The notes beneath the pieces are model-generated. The model worked only from the letters and a program-made list of their open reading frames with translations, was not told the origin of the DNA and made no database searches. A stretch of DNA of 64,000 nucleotides from Octopus sinensis (Eukaryota), in the NCBI RefSeq assembly GCF_006345805.1, contig NC_042997.1:80724001-80788000 (forward strand). Reading direction: 5' to 3'. Numbering within the stretch: the stretch's first letter is position 1; every line of letters begins with the position of its first letter. This document shows, piece by piece, positions 1 through 12,755 of the stretch. Made by a program: the position numbers and the translations under genes.

Positions 1-2450
1 TCATCTCATGCTCAGACAAAGTAGCAGTGGAGTTACTTTTCAAATTTATGGATAATTTTTACCTGTCATAACTTGTCCATGAACCAACCAGAAACAACCA
101 AAGTGTCTTGGATCTAATGCTAAGCAATCATGCTAACACTATCCATAACATCACAGTGGAAAGAACCCTCCTGTCCAATCATGACATAGTACTCTGTAAC
201 CTCAATCTTCAGCATCCAAGAATTTGGCATAAATCACTAACTCCCGTGCACCCATTAAATAATATGAATTTACACAAGTCAAACTGGAGTGCGATCACTC
301 AAGACTTACCGCAAGTGGACTGGTCCTTCACCCTTGCTTCCTCCAATACCACAACAAACACATGGCAGCTATTTGAGGACACAGTCACCCACATATGCTC
401 AACACACACACACCCTCACGACTCATAAACAATAGTAGATGCAGGATTCCAAAACAGAGAAAATCACTCATCATGAAAATAAAAAGAATAAACTGAAAAA
501 TCAATGCCCTAAAATACCACCATCAGCATCAACCCTAATTGAGAACATTAACAACCTTGGAATCAAAGAAGCAACAGCTGCAGGACTGTATGAGAACCTT
601 CATAAACAACCAAAGAGCTGCAGAGAAAGCCTGGGCTATTAAAAACATCAAGAATAATCCTAATGTCTTTTACTCCTTTGCAAAAAGACATAGGACCACA
701 GTTTACTCTATCAGCCCACTGGTTGACAGAAACAGCATCCTTCACAGTGATGCCAAAGACATGGTTGAAATTCTGCAAAGTCAATACTGCTCTGTTTTCA
801 GTGACCCTGATTCAGTTGACTCAAGCAGCTTTGCTTCCTTGAATCCTCAGCATATCCTTTCCAACATATCCTTCGATGCTACTGACATCATAGCAGCAAT
901 AAAAGAAATCAAACCTGATTCAGCAGTGGGTCCTGACAGTTTCCTTTTTAGTGTGCTGAAGGAATGCAGACAGCAAATTGCAGCTCCTCTTGCAAATGTC
1001 TGGGGGAAATCACTGGATGCAAGTTTTATACCTCAAAACCATCTCTCAGTTGCTCCTATCTTTAAAAAAGGGAATAAATCGCTCCCAGTAAACTACTGTC
1101 CAATCTCACTCACCTCGTGTATCATCAAAATATTTGAGAGAGAGTTGAGATCAAAAATAACAGCCTTCCTAGAGAAAATCATCATCCAAATTGCAACCAG
1201 CATGGCTTTCTTGATGGGAGGGACTGTCTAATACAGCTCCTCCATCACTTTAATGACATCTTAAATGCATTAAATGAGGGTTCCAACACCAATGTCATAT
1301 ACCTTGATTTCAGCAAAGCCTTTGACAGAGTCAACCACAATATATTGTTAAGGAAACTATCCAATGTTGGAGTCAGTGGAAAGCTGCTTCAATGGATTTT
1401 CCTAACAAACAGGACCCAGCCTGTTGTGATTGATGGCATTCATTCAAGACCAGCAAAAGTCATCAGTGGAGTCCTGCAGGGTACTGTACTGGGCCCACTT
1501 CTTTTCATTGTCTTTATCAATAACATTGCAGATTCCATTGAACATAGCACCATTAAAATATTTGCAGATGACTCTAAGCTTCAGAAAGTCACTAAAGGAG
1601 CATATGATCAAATGATGCTTCAATTGGATGTGTGCGCGGTAACCCAGTGGGCACAAATAAACAATATGCAGCTGAACAAAGAAAAATTTGAGCTCATCCA
1701 CTCTGGAAAAGAGGGCACACTCAAACAACCATATACACTACCACCAGGAGACCTACTTGAACCATAGGATAATATCAGAGACTTAGGTGTAGCTGTCGAC
1801 AGCAACCTTAGCTGGAGTGTGCACAACAACAAAAAAGTCGACGTTGCCCGCAGAATGTGCTCATAGATCCTCAGAACTTTTCAATCTAGAGATCATGAAA
1901 CCATCATCCTTTTATTCTCCACATTCACTAGGCCCCACCTTGAATACTGCTGTCCATTGTGGTCTCCCTACAAAAAGCAAGACATAATGAGGATCGAAGC
2001 ACCATAAAGATCAATCACTAAAAAACTAAATGGCATGGCAGGACTTGATTATTGGGCTTGGCTTAAACAGCTGAAACTCAGTTCTCTGCAATGCCATTAT
2101 GAGTGATACATTATTTGCACCATATGGAAAATATTCCACCAATATTATCCAAATAATACCAGTATTATGTTTATAATTCACCCAAGACTAGGCCAATGCA
2201 ATGCGTCCCCTACACAGGTTGAAAACACATCACATAAGAACATTGCGACACAATTTCTTCACTGAAAATGGTCCTGCTCTTTTCAATGTTATCCCGAAAG
2301 AAATTAAAGTAGAAAAAGACCCCACAACTTTCAGGCAGTACCTGGACAAATCCCTCCAGGAAATACCAGATAAATCACCTACACCTGGATATGTCTCAGC
2401 CAACAACAACTTTCTGTTTGAGTGGTCCATGGTGTCCCAAAATAATTAAT
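1..2450 (+). mobile_element. Decayed CR1-group non-LTR retrotransposon (ORF2: endonuclease end, reverse transcriptase, C-terminus); 5' part runs off the window
   Basis: ORF pieces 108-428 (LLSNHDIV, AP-endonuclease end), 539-1231 (PDSAVGPD...APIFKKGNKSLPVNYCPISLTS), 1345-1767 (SGVLQGTVLGPLLFIVFINN...IFADDSKL, RT core) and 2201-2449 (RHNFFTENGPALFNVIP). Several frameshifts and stops. Confidence 0.9.
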
Positions 2451-2548
2451 TAAAAAAGACTTTTCCAGGTGATGCTATTGAGTTACTAATGTCCTGGGCC
2501 AATAACAGCCAAAACCAATTTAAGTTTTCTAAGTTATATATATATATA

Positions 2549-2921
2549 GCCACAGGTGTGGCTGTGTGGGAAGTAACTTACTTCTCAACCACATGTTTCC
2601 ATGTTCAGTCCCACTGTGTGGCACCTTGGGCAAGTGTCTTCTACTATAGTTTCAGGTCAACCAAAGCCTTGTGAGTGGATTTGGTAGACAGAAACTGAAA
2701 AAAGCCTGTTGTATGTGTATATTTGTGTGTGTGTGTTTCTCCCCCTACCATTGCTTGACAACCGATGTTGGTGTGTTTACGTCTCTGTAACTTAGTGATT
2801 TGACAAAAAAAAACATGGAATAAGTACTAGGTTTACAAAGAATAAGTCCTGAGGTCGATTTTTTTCGACTAAAGGCAGTGCTTCAGAATGGCCACAGTCA
2901 AAATGACTGAAAGAATAAAGG
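2549..2921 (+). mobile_element. tRNA-derived SINE, family 1 (CORE-like GGCACCTTGGGCAAGTGTC body)
   Basis: A-box-like GTGGCTGTGTGG, B-box-like GTTCAGTCCC, internal (GT)n, tail ...ATGGCCACAGTCAAAATGACTGAAA; homologous copies recur across the window. Confidence 0.85.
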
Positions 2922-3661
2922 AATATATATATATCCCACACAAACAAGAACCCACAAAATCTCAAATTAATTTCAAATAACAGTATAAATTGAATAAAGA
3001 TCAATACATAGTGATGAGGATCAGGAAAATAAATAAACAATGTCACTGTTATTGATAGCAAAACACAAAACCCAAATTATGTAACTGTGTGATTAGTAAA
3101 GATGACTACAAAAGAAAAGCATCACACTGTAATAAAGCTGAAAACTGAAGTGTTCCCAACACTAAACCTTATGCTATGATGCATTTAAGACTTTCTTTCA
3201 TGATTGAATGGCAAAGTCTGGCTCAACGGTAGAGAGAAGCTTTTCAACAAGTCCTCAATAGTATCTCCGTTTTTGGTTCTTTTAATATTTATCAACACTA
3301 TTCCACTATTCTTGAAATGGTTGGCTGGCTTGAATAACCTCAGTCAATAATCAATTTAGAATTGATTATTGAGTGGGGTATTATTATGAAAAGACTTGCA
3401 GCATCATGAGTTACTGTTTATATAGCTTCTTAAATAACTTATATGATTTGCTTGATTTACTGACCTTAGAAATTAGGTGAGGCTAACTTATGAAGTATAA
3501 CAAAATAGTATTCAATGGGAAAGGAACACAAATAGTTGATAAGAAAGTTCAACAAGTGAACTGAAAGCTGAAAACATGCCCACAATACCACACATATGTT
3601 CATAATAATTCACAATAAAAAACTTCAACTTTACAAATACTTGACATTACAATCTCTGATA

Positions 3662-3830
3662 ACATATATATATATATACATACATACATACATATATATA
3701 CATACATACATATATATACATACATACATATATATACATACATACATATATATACATACATACATACATATTTATACATATATACATATATATATATACA
3801 TACATACATATATATATATACATACATACA

Positions 3831-3862
<32 letters not shown>

Positions 3863-3911
3863 CATATATATATACATACATACATATATATACATACATA
3901 CATATATATAC

Positions 3912-3950
<39 letters not shown>

Positions 3951-4340
3951 CATATATATACATACATACATACATACATATATATACATACATACATATA
4001 TATACATACATACATTACTATACATACATACATACATATACATACATACATACATAATACATACATACATACATATACATACATACATATATATACATAC
4101 ATACATATACATACATACATACATATACATACATACATACATATACATACATACATACATATATATACATACATACATATATATATATACATACATATAT
4201 ATATATACATACATATATATATACATACATATATATATATACATACATATATATATACATACATATATATATATACATACATATATATATATACATACAT
4301 ATATATATACATACATATATATATATATATACATACATAT
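3662..4340. repeat. Compound (AT)n/(ATAC)n microsatellite
   Basis: Direct reading; produces the spurious YI/MY/HT ORFs. Confidence 0.98.
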
Positions 4341-4504
4341 AATTTATTATATAGAAGGAGCTTCTACAGGACTAGAACTGTTTCTTCTCTTGAATGAAAC
4401 AGTTCTAGTCCTGTAGAAGCTCCTTCTATATAATAAATTAATTTTACTCTGCTATGTATTAAGTACCTTATTTACTGTGGTTAACCCCGAATCAACCTGA
4501 GACC
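4340..4504. repeat. Microsatellite-embedded element with a perfect 45-bp inverted repeat
   Basis: 4340-4384 is the exact reverse complement of 4396-4440 with an 11-nt spacer; about 60 bp of unique tail follows (4441-4504), then microsatellite resumes. Confidence 0.9.
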
Positions 4505-4538
4505 TACATATACATACATATATATACATACATACATA

Positions 4539-4570
<32 letters not shown>

Positions 4571-5056
4571 CATATATATACATACATACATATATATACA
4601 TATATATACATATATACATATATATACATATATATACATATATACATATATATATACATATATACATATATATATACATATATACATATATATATATATA
4701 CATATATATACATATATATATAAATATATACATATATATATATACATATATACACATATATATATAAATATATACATATATATATATACATATATACATA
4801 TATATGTATACATATATACACATATACATATATATATATATACATATATACATATATATATAACATATATATATATACATATAATATATATATATATAAT
4901 ATACATATATAAATATATATATACATATATATTACATATACATATATACAATATATACATATATATACATATAATATACATATATTACATATATATATAT
5001 ACATATATACATATATATATACATATATATACATATATATATACATATATATATAC

Positions 5057-5089
<33 letters not shown>

Positions 5090-5248
5090 CATAATATACA
5101 TATATATATATACTATATATATACATATATATATACATATATATACATATATATATACATATATATATACATATATATATACATATATTATATACATATA
5201 TATATACATATATATATACAATATATATACATATAATATATATACATA
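4505..5248. repeat. Compound (AT)n/(ATAC)n microsatellite
   Basis: Direct reading. Confidence 0.98.
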
Positions 5249-5441
5249 CACTACGTCAGAAATTAATTAGCACCCTTGATTTGCTCTTCACTCAAGGTAT
5301 GTGCTGTCACCTAGTGGCCATATCTCGAACTATTGCTTTGTTGCGAGTTCACTGTTGCGCAGAACGATGGCGTAACTTTGTTCGCGAGCAGTTGAGAGTA
5401 TACAGCCTTATGATGTTGACATAGCAGTGCAACAACAACTT
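5249..5441 (+). mobile_element. Probable left end of a Tc1/mariner-type element, cut by the assembly gap
   Basis: TA followed by CACTACGTCAGAAATTAATTAGCACCC, which resembles Tc1-like termini; no coding part is visible. Confidence 0.4.
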
Positions 5442-5541
5442 NNNNNNNNNNNNNNNNNNNNNNNNNNNNNNNNNNNNNNNNNNNNNNNNNNNNNNNNNNN
5501 NNNNNNNNNNNNNNNNNNNNNNNNNNNNNNNNNNNNNNNNN
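5442..5541. other. Assembly gap (exactly 100 N)
   Basis: Run of 100 N, a typical placeholder for a gap of unknown size. Confidence 0.99.
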
Positions 5542-5992
5542 GAAGACCCTATGTCTGGCAACAGGACTCTGTACCATGTCACACAAGCAGGTGAACCTAA
5601 TCATGGCTGCCAGACAATTTCTGCAACCACATCACCTCTAACATCTGGTCACCTAACTCCCCAAACTTCAACCTCCTTGATTATTATGTGTGGGTGCAGC
5701 TGAGCGAGAGACCAACAAAACTCTTTGTAACACCAAAAATGAACTGAAGGCAAGGATTATGGCAGGATTCACCAACTTAAACAAGGAGACTGTCAAGAAG
5801 AGTTGCAGGAGATTCCAAAGTTGTCTGGAGACTGTGGTTGAAGCCAATGGCGATTTTATTGAATAAATTTACTCTTTAGTATTTCAAAATATTTTTATAT
5901 AATTTTGGTAAATATACCTGTTAAAATGAGATGTCAGTGTTATTTTCATTTTTGTGTAATTTAGATGACAATATATTCACTGCACTCTGTAT
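5542..5992 (+). mobile_element. 3' part of a DD37D (maT-type) Tc1/mariner transposon, inactivated
   Basis: Translation RPYVWQQDSVPCHTSR*T*SWL...WSPNSPNFNLLDYYVW has 37 residues between the second and third Asp. After a 1-bp frameshift it continues ...VVEANGDFIE*. Ends ...CACTGCACTCTG|TA. Confidence 0.85.
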
Positions 5993-6149
5993 ACACACAC
6001 ACACACACATGTATAACTGGCACTCTATGTGGACTGAGCACTCCACATAGCCTTAAAGTAGTTCTCAGAGAAATTCATTTTGACACAGAATGTGACAAGG
6101 CTGACCCACAGAAATACAGGTACTACTCATTTTTGCTAGCTGAGTAGTG

Positions 6150-6795
6150 ATGCAGACCTTTGGTGATATGCTGTGCTTGAGAAGGCTCATCAAGCCAAGT
6201 GAAATCATAGTCATGGCTGATGCTGGTGTCATGTAACTGGCACCCATGCTGGTGGCACGTAAAAAGCATTTTGAGTGTTGGGCCTCACAGAGGCAAATTG
6301 GCTGATGCTGGTGGCATATGAAAAGCTTCTTTTGAGTGTTGGACTTCACGGAGGCAATGACAAATGACTGAGACCTTTGGCAATATGCTGAGCTTGAGAA
6401 GACCTACCAAGCCACATGAAATTGTAGTTGTGACTGATGTTGGAGTCATGTAACTGGCATGTAAAAAGCACCTTTCAAATGTTGGGCCTCATAGAGGGAA
6501 AATGGCCGATGCCAGTGGTATGCGAAAAGCTCCTTTTGAGTTTTGGGCCTCACAGAAGCAATGACGAATGACCAAGACAATTGGCATTATGTCATGCTTG
6601 AGAAGATCCATCAAGCCAAGTAAAACCGCAGTTGTGGCTGATACTGGTTTCACGCATATGGCACCCATTATACTCTCAGAGTGGTTGGTGTTAGGAAGGG
6701 CATCTAGCCGTAGAAACCATGCCAAATCCGACTGAGGTCTGGTGTAGCCTTTCGGCTTGCCAGCCCTGGTCAAACCATCCAACACATCATATACA
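6150..6795 (+). mobile_element. Non-coding element with an RTE-type 3' tail and three degenerate 204-217 bp tandem units
   Basis: Units start near 6155, 6372 and 6576 (GACCTTTGG..ATATGCTG.GCTTGAGAAG). Tail GAGTGGTTGGTGTTAGGAAGGGCATC...GGACATTAAATGATAATG matches the RTE tail at 51120-51272. Confidence 0.75.
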
Positions 6796-7117
6796 ATAAT
6801 GGACATTAAATGATAATGGTTCAGAAAATGCTATGTACAACAGCCTAACCTAGATATAATCACTAAACCTGCTAAAAATACCAGCCAAAGTTTCAACTCG
6901 TACATTACCATTTTAAATAAGGAAGAGCATATTGAATTATGCACTTTCTTAAAAAAATAAGAAGGTACAGATGGGTAGAAATCATAACCTCCACCTAAGC
7001 TTATCAAAAGCATCTACTTCTCTTATCATCCATACTGTGTTTAGCTCTTCAAACCTCATAACAAACATTTTGCTCAGTCTTTAATACCCAGAACCACAAC
7101 TCTTTGAAGTTACATTT

Positions 7118-7147
7118 CTACCTAGACTTTTCGTAATGTGCTTCAAC
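7118..7147 (-). CDS. Candidate terminal exon of an unidentified minus-strand gene
   Basis: Strong acceptor TTCTTTTAGCTCCTTTTCAG|G at 7148; reads VEAHYEKSR* in phase 0 or G* in phase 1. No homology recognised. Confidence 0.25.
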   Translation of the reverse strand, partial: VEAHYEKSR

Positions 7148-8561
7148 CTGAAAAGGAGCTAAAAGAACAGAATCAATCTTAGTAGACAGGAGCAACACAC
7201 AGAGACTATGAGCAATGTCCTTTCTAAGTAGTAGTAATAATAATAATAATAATAATAAAGAAAACAGACTGTAATAGAAAAGTTACAGCTTTACTCTGCT
7301 GAATTAATAAAGCATAGATAATGGTTAAATTACAAAGACAAAGATGGCTGGATAAATAAGGCACCAGACTAACACCATATGGATTGTAAGTTCACACTTA
7401 CTAAATTTCTGTATGCAGGATATTAAATTCTACATGCTTCATTTCACCAAGCAGTGGGGAAGTGATACTAGATATTCAGAAAATGTTATGTATAATAGCC
7501 TGACATCGTACATGATGGGTGAGCTATTTCTAATATAGTTAACAAGTAGGAATTTGGAGCTAAGCACCAGCTTTGAGCATTAAAGAAACATTGACTATAT
7601 CAGATCAAGAAAGATTGGAATTTAGAACTATAAACTGGAGAACTGCTGTAAATTAATAATTACTAAGACTAACAATTTCAACCTGAAATTCAATTTACAG
7701 CTGCACACATAAAAGTACACTGTATTGTGTGTGTAAAAGCAGTTTGTTGTTTGTACATGACTTTTTCTGAAAAGCAAAACAACTGGTTAACTCACACTAC
7801 ATTACCAGCACTTCTAACTACTTCTCACAACACATCTCTCATAGCCCTCCTCCTTCACTTACAGAGGAAGTAAAATAATATCAGAGGGGGGTATGCATGT
7901 ATAGGGGGTGGGACAAAATTAGCAACCAGGGTAAAATGAGTAATTTCTGATTTCTCATTTTCTCCCTATCATTACATTGCAATTATCGCATCATCTGCAT
8001 CATCTTTAGGAGCAAAAATTGGTCAGCTTTGTTGTTGTTGTTGAAAACTGACAGGGTTTGAAACATAGTCAGGTGACAGGTACTTTTTTTTTCAATAAAT
8101 TTTTCAACTTTGATCCAATTGTAATTGAGGTTGCTAATAAAATATCTGGATAATTTTTGGTGTTTAACAATCAATATTCTTTTCTCTGTTGAATTCCAAG
8201 TCAATTTTTTCCCACACTAATATCTAATTTAATAATTTCCAATTTTCAAAATATGATGTCTAAAATGGGGTAAAATAAGTAATGTCTAATTTCAATAGTT
8301 TCTTTCTTTAACTGCATATGTCAGGAAGAGAGTCACTCCAGCAGATTGTGAAGAAGCTATAAAGAATATTTTATGCTGAGTTTTTTGATTTAGTGGAGCT
8401 TTGCTAATTTCATGTCATGTACCATTTATGATCCTCTTTCATTTGACCTAAATATTTTCAACTTCTGTTGTATTTCTGATCTTTCTGATGTCTAAGGATG
8501 GATATTGATGTGTATGAGTGTTTTCAAATTTAATTCCAAAGAACTGAAGAGGCAAAATTAC

Positions 8562-8634
8562 CTGAACTTGTCTTACTCATTTTGCTCCAGCTAAATTTGT
8601 CTTTTGTATGCTCAAAGAGAAAGGAGATAGTTTT
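8562..8634 (-). CDS. Candidate internal exon (KTISFLFEHTKDKFSWSKMSKTSS)
   Basis: Acceptor CACTATTTCAG|, donor CAG|GTAATT, open 73-nt frame. Confidence 0.25.
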
Positions 8635-9186
8635 CTGAAATAGTGTTCTGAATATGTTATAGTGTTTTTAATGCATTTAGAGGTCATTTGTTTAGCTGAT
8701 ATAGTTTTTTTAAGGTAATGAACATTTCTAAAAAAATTTTTTCTCAAAGTCAAAAATACAGTAAAAACTCTTCGTTATGTCCCACCCTATATAAAACAAA
8801 GGTAGAGATGGAAAGAACAAAGAGACAGAGACAGTAGAAAAAGATAAATAGCGAGAGGGGGAGTTAAAGAGTGAAAGAATAATATAGAAAGCATAAAGAG
8901 AAAAGAGTGAAGAAATGAAAGTTTTTTTTTGTTAAGTTTACTAAGATAGTCATTAACAACAACTAACTGACCATAATGAATGATGACTACTAATGGAATA
9001 AATCTGTGTGTGTGTGTAAGAATTCCAACAACTATATTAACTACATAACAAAAGCAGGGGTGCCAGTGTCAATGCTACTCTTAGTGAATCAGTTCATCTG
9101 GCTCCAATATAAGGAGATGCAATTTGGTGAGATGGAAGCATTGTATATCTATCTATATAGGGAAAAATTTAATATTCTTCCCTATA

Positions 9187-10477
9187 TCATCATCATCGTC
9201 GTCGTTTAACGTCCGTTCTCCATGCTAGCATGGGTTGGACGGTTCGACCGGGGATCTGGGAAGCCAGAAGGCTGCACCAGGCTCCAGTCTTATCTGGCAG
9301 TGTTTCTACAGCTGGATGCCCTTCCTAACGCCAACCACTCCGTGAGTGTAGTGGGTGCTTTTTACGTGCCACCTGCACAGGTGCCAGGCGAGGCGGTGCT
9401 GGCATCGGCCACGAGTCGGATGGTGCTTTTTACGTACCACCAGACCAGGGAACCTGGCTGGTTCAATTCGATTTCGATTTCGCTTGCCCCAACATGTCTT
9501 CGCAAGCAAGGGGGTTGGCATGGGTGCCTGTTGTACGGTCAGATTGGTGTATTTTACGTGCCACCGGCACGGAAGCCAGCGGAGGCGGCACTGGCATCGG
9601 CCACGAGTCGGATAGTGCTTTTTACGTACCACCAGACCAGGGAACCTGGCTGGTTCGATTCGATTTTGCTTGCCCCAACATGTCTTCGCAAGCAAGGGGG
9701 TTGGCATGGGTGCCTGTCGTACGGTCAGATTGGTGTATTTTACGTGCCACCAGCACAGAAGCCAGTGGAGGCGGCGCTGGCATCGCCCACGAGTCGGATA
9801 GTGCTTTTTACGTACCACCAGACCAGGGATCCTGGCTGGTTCAATTCGATTTTGACTTCGATTTCGATTTCGCTTGCCCCAACATGTCTTCGCAAGCAAA
9901 GGGGGGTTGGCATGGGTTCCTGTTGTCGGATGAGGTTCTATATCGACTTCGCTTGCCTCAACAGGTCTTTGTGTCCAAGGGAGGAAAGGCATTCATAAGT
10001 GGGCTGGGCTCACTTGTCCTGCCTGGTCTTCTCATGTACAGAATATTTCCAAAGGTCTCGGTCGCTGGTCATTTCCTCAGTGAGGCCTAAAGTTCGAAGG
10101 TCGTGCTTCACCACCTCGTCCCAGGTTTTCCTGGGTCTACCTCTTCCACGGGTTCCCTCAACTGCTAAGGATTGGCACTTTCTCACACACCTATCTCCAT
10201 CCATTCTCGCCACATGACCATACCAGCGCAATCGTCTCTCTTGCACACCACGACTGATGCCTCTTAGGTACAACATTTCTCTCAAGGTGCTAACGCTCTG
10301 TCGAGTATGTACACTGACATTACACATCCATCGGAGCATACTGGCTTCATTCCTCACGAGCTTACGCATATCCTCGGCAGTCACGGCCCATGTTTCACTG
10401 CCATGTAGCATGGCTGTTCGTACACACGCATCATACAGTCTGCCTTTTACTCTGAGCGAGAGGCCTTTAGTCACCAT
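9187..10477 (-). mobile_element. 5'-truncated RTE-clade LINE (ORF2 C-terminus plus 3' UTR with three ~190-bp tandem units)
   Basis: ORF 10010-10477 (RLRWYGHVARM...EGTRGRGRPRKTWDEVVKHDL) is near-identical to the end of ORF 49385-50716. UTR units start near 9361, 9553 and 9739; (GAT/GAC)n terminus. Confidence 0.95.
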
Positions 10478-10770
10478 ATGTACAACATAAAAAGTAATGG
10501 GTTGTGGAAAGTTGACTTATGTTCAATCAATCCAGTGCTTTATGGAAGCTGACCAGTACTATAAAATAAATTAAAATGAGAAGTACAAATCCACCAAATA
10601 AAGATTTAATTGTTAATATGAAATAGAGAAAAGAAGGAAAATAAAAGATGCAAACAGTGGATAAATTCTTTCTCTGTCAATTTTTAGGTAATATTTCCTG
10701 TTACCAGAACGTTTATGCAAAATGATATTGATTTGTGACAATCAAACAATATCAAGACAAAGATACACCC

Positions 10771-10945
10771 ATGCACACATACACACACAGGCTTCTTTCA
10801 GTTTCCATCAACCAAATTTTTTCACCAGGCTTTGATTGGCTTGAGGCTTTATTAAAAGATACTTGCTCAAGGTACCATGCAATGGGACCGAACCTGAAAC
10901 CACGTTGTTGGGAAACAAACTTCTTAACTACACATCCACACATGC
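10771..10945 (-). mobile_element. SINE family 1, 5' half
   Basis: Reverse complement of the head and core of 2549-2921. Confidence 0.75.
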
Positions 10946-11485
10946 ATCTCATATTGTAAATATAGGATATATACATACATCTTATAACTGATGGAGCCTA
11001 TCTTCTACCAGCTAACTTTCATTAATTAAAACCTTTATCTGTAAAGAAGTTAGATTAGATTTGGTACAGCAAATTGATAGCAAAACACCTGGCAGTTAAG
11101 AATCAATTACAGAAAAAGTAATTTTATACAAATTCATCCAATAATATAACAAAGCAATGAAAACTGAAGCAAAAAGAATTTACTTCATGTAAAATGTGCT
11201 TGTGCGTACCTTTCATTCACCCATACATTTTACGTCCAATTTCCATGCTAGCATGGATTGGATGAATACTTATTACAGAAGTGTTATTTAATAGTCTTCT
11301 CATTAACTCTTATCAATTTTTCAAGAAGGGTTTTTTTAGGGTTTTTTTTGCATTCGTTTCAAAAAGGCAGAGCTGCAGAATGATTTATTAATAGAGAATG
11401 TCAATGTAGCATCACTGTTTTTGTTCCAACAATTCCACATGAAGATGCAGAATATAAACCTTCACACACACACATGGTTGTGGTA

Positions 11486-12755
11486 CGAGGGGCGTTCAAT
11501 AAGTAATGCCCCTGACCCACTTGCAGTTGTTTGATCTAGCTGAAATTTTGCATGTGCACTTATTTATACCTCTATAGATTAAGTGGCGAATTACAGCTCT
11601 GAACTAATTGTGGTTTCTGATTTACAGGTGTTTGAACTGAGTCAAGTGTGAAATGGAGCCTGTTGAGTGTCGAGCAGTGATCTGGTTTTTGTATTTGAAA
11701 GGACGCACACCATGGGAGACTTTTGATGAAATGAAAGTAACTTATGGTGATGATGCCCCATCATATGACCTTGTAAAACGCTGGCATTGTGAATTCAAAC
11801 ATAGTCGGAACTCTGTGGAAACAGCTCCCAGATCTGGTCGCCCCCTTCTGCCGTTGATGAGACGTCTGTCCGTCAAGTTGAGGCTGCCATTTTGGAAGGT
11901 CAACGCATAACTATTCGCCAAATAGCCCATAAGGTCAAGATTAGTACCGGGTCTGTGGAAACTATCATTCATGACCATTTGCATATGCAAAAGGTGTCTG
12001 CCAGATGGATTTCCAGGTTGCTCACACCTTTCCAGAAGCAAGAACGCGTTGAGTGCTCGAGGATGAATTTGGAGATGTGCCAAGAAGATGAGTCAAAATT
12101 TTTCAAAAGACTGATCACACAGGATAAAACCTGGGTCCATCACTATGATCTATAGACCAAAGCTCAGTCAATGCAGTGAAAGCACCGTGACTCACCTCCT
12201 CCAAAGAAGGCAAGGGTGCAGCTCTCCGCTGACAAGATTATGCTCACAGTCTTCTGGGACCAGGACGGAGTAGTGATGACAGATTTCCTGGCAAAGGGTA
12301 CCACAATTACAGGAGCCTATTATGCTTCACTTTTGAGGAAATTAAGAGAAGCTATCAAAATCAAGAGGCGGGGCAAGATCAGCAAAGGCATCCTCCTCCT
12401 GCAGGACAACGCTCCGGTCCACAACTCGCGTGTCGCCAGATCAGAAGCACAGGCGTGCAGCTATGAACTCCTCCCCTTGCACCCTCTGATTTTCACCTCT
12501 TCCCAGCCATGAAGTTGATTTTGAAAGGAAAGCATTTCCCAGATGATGCAGCCTTGATTTCTGAAGTCACGTCGTGGTTGGAGGACCAAGCTGGGGTCTT
12601 CTACAAAAACGGTCTCCAGAGCTGTATCAAACGATGGGAGAAATGCATAACTCTGGGTAGTTCCTATGTAGGAAAAGACTAATAACTGTGCCAAATGCCG
12701 TTGCTCTACTGCTATGGGAAGTGGGTCAGGGGCATTACTTATTGAACGCCCCTCG
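11486..12755 (+). mobile_element. Full-length mariner (DD34D) transposon, 1270 bp, inactive transposase
   Basis: Perfect 37-bp TIRs (11486-11522 and 12719-12755) and TA on both sides. Confidence 0.97.
11653..12682 (+). pseudogene. Mariner transposase pseudogene
   Basis: Motifs SARWIS (WVPRxL-like), ITQDKTW, LLQDNAPVH, SDFHLF. Frameshift near 11845, stops at 12153 and 12177, HPPYSPDL motif deleted. Confidence 0.92.

Noticed and set aside
3596-5251. Long ORFs of Y/I/M/C/H/V residues
   Set aside because: Translations of (AT)n/(ATAC)n microsatellite; no coding signal.
7985-8300. Faint resemblance to a bacterial ISAzo13-type transposase C-terminus
   Set aside because: Requires several frameshifts in very AT-rich DNA; not distinguishable from chance by eye.
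9222-10090. 258-, 228- and 198-aa repetitive ORFs, and a possible CRISPR-like array
   Set aside because: GC-rich tandem units of the RTE 3' UTR; whole units repeat with no unique spacers and there are no cas genes.
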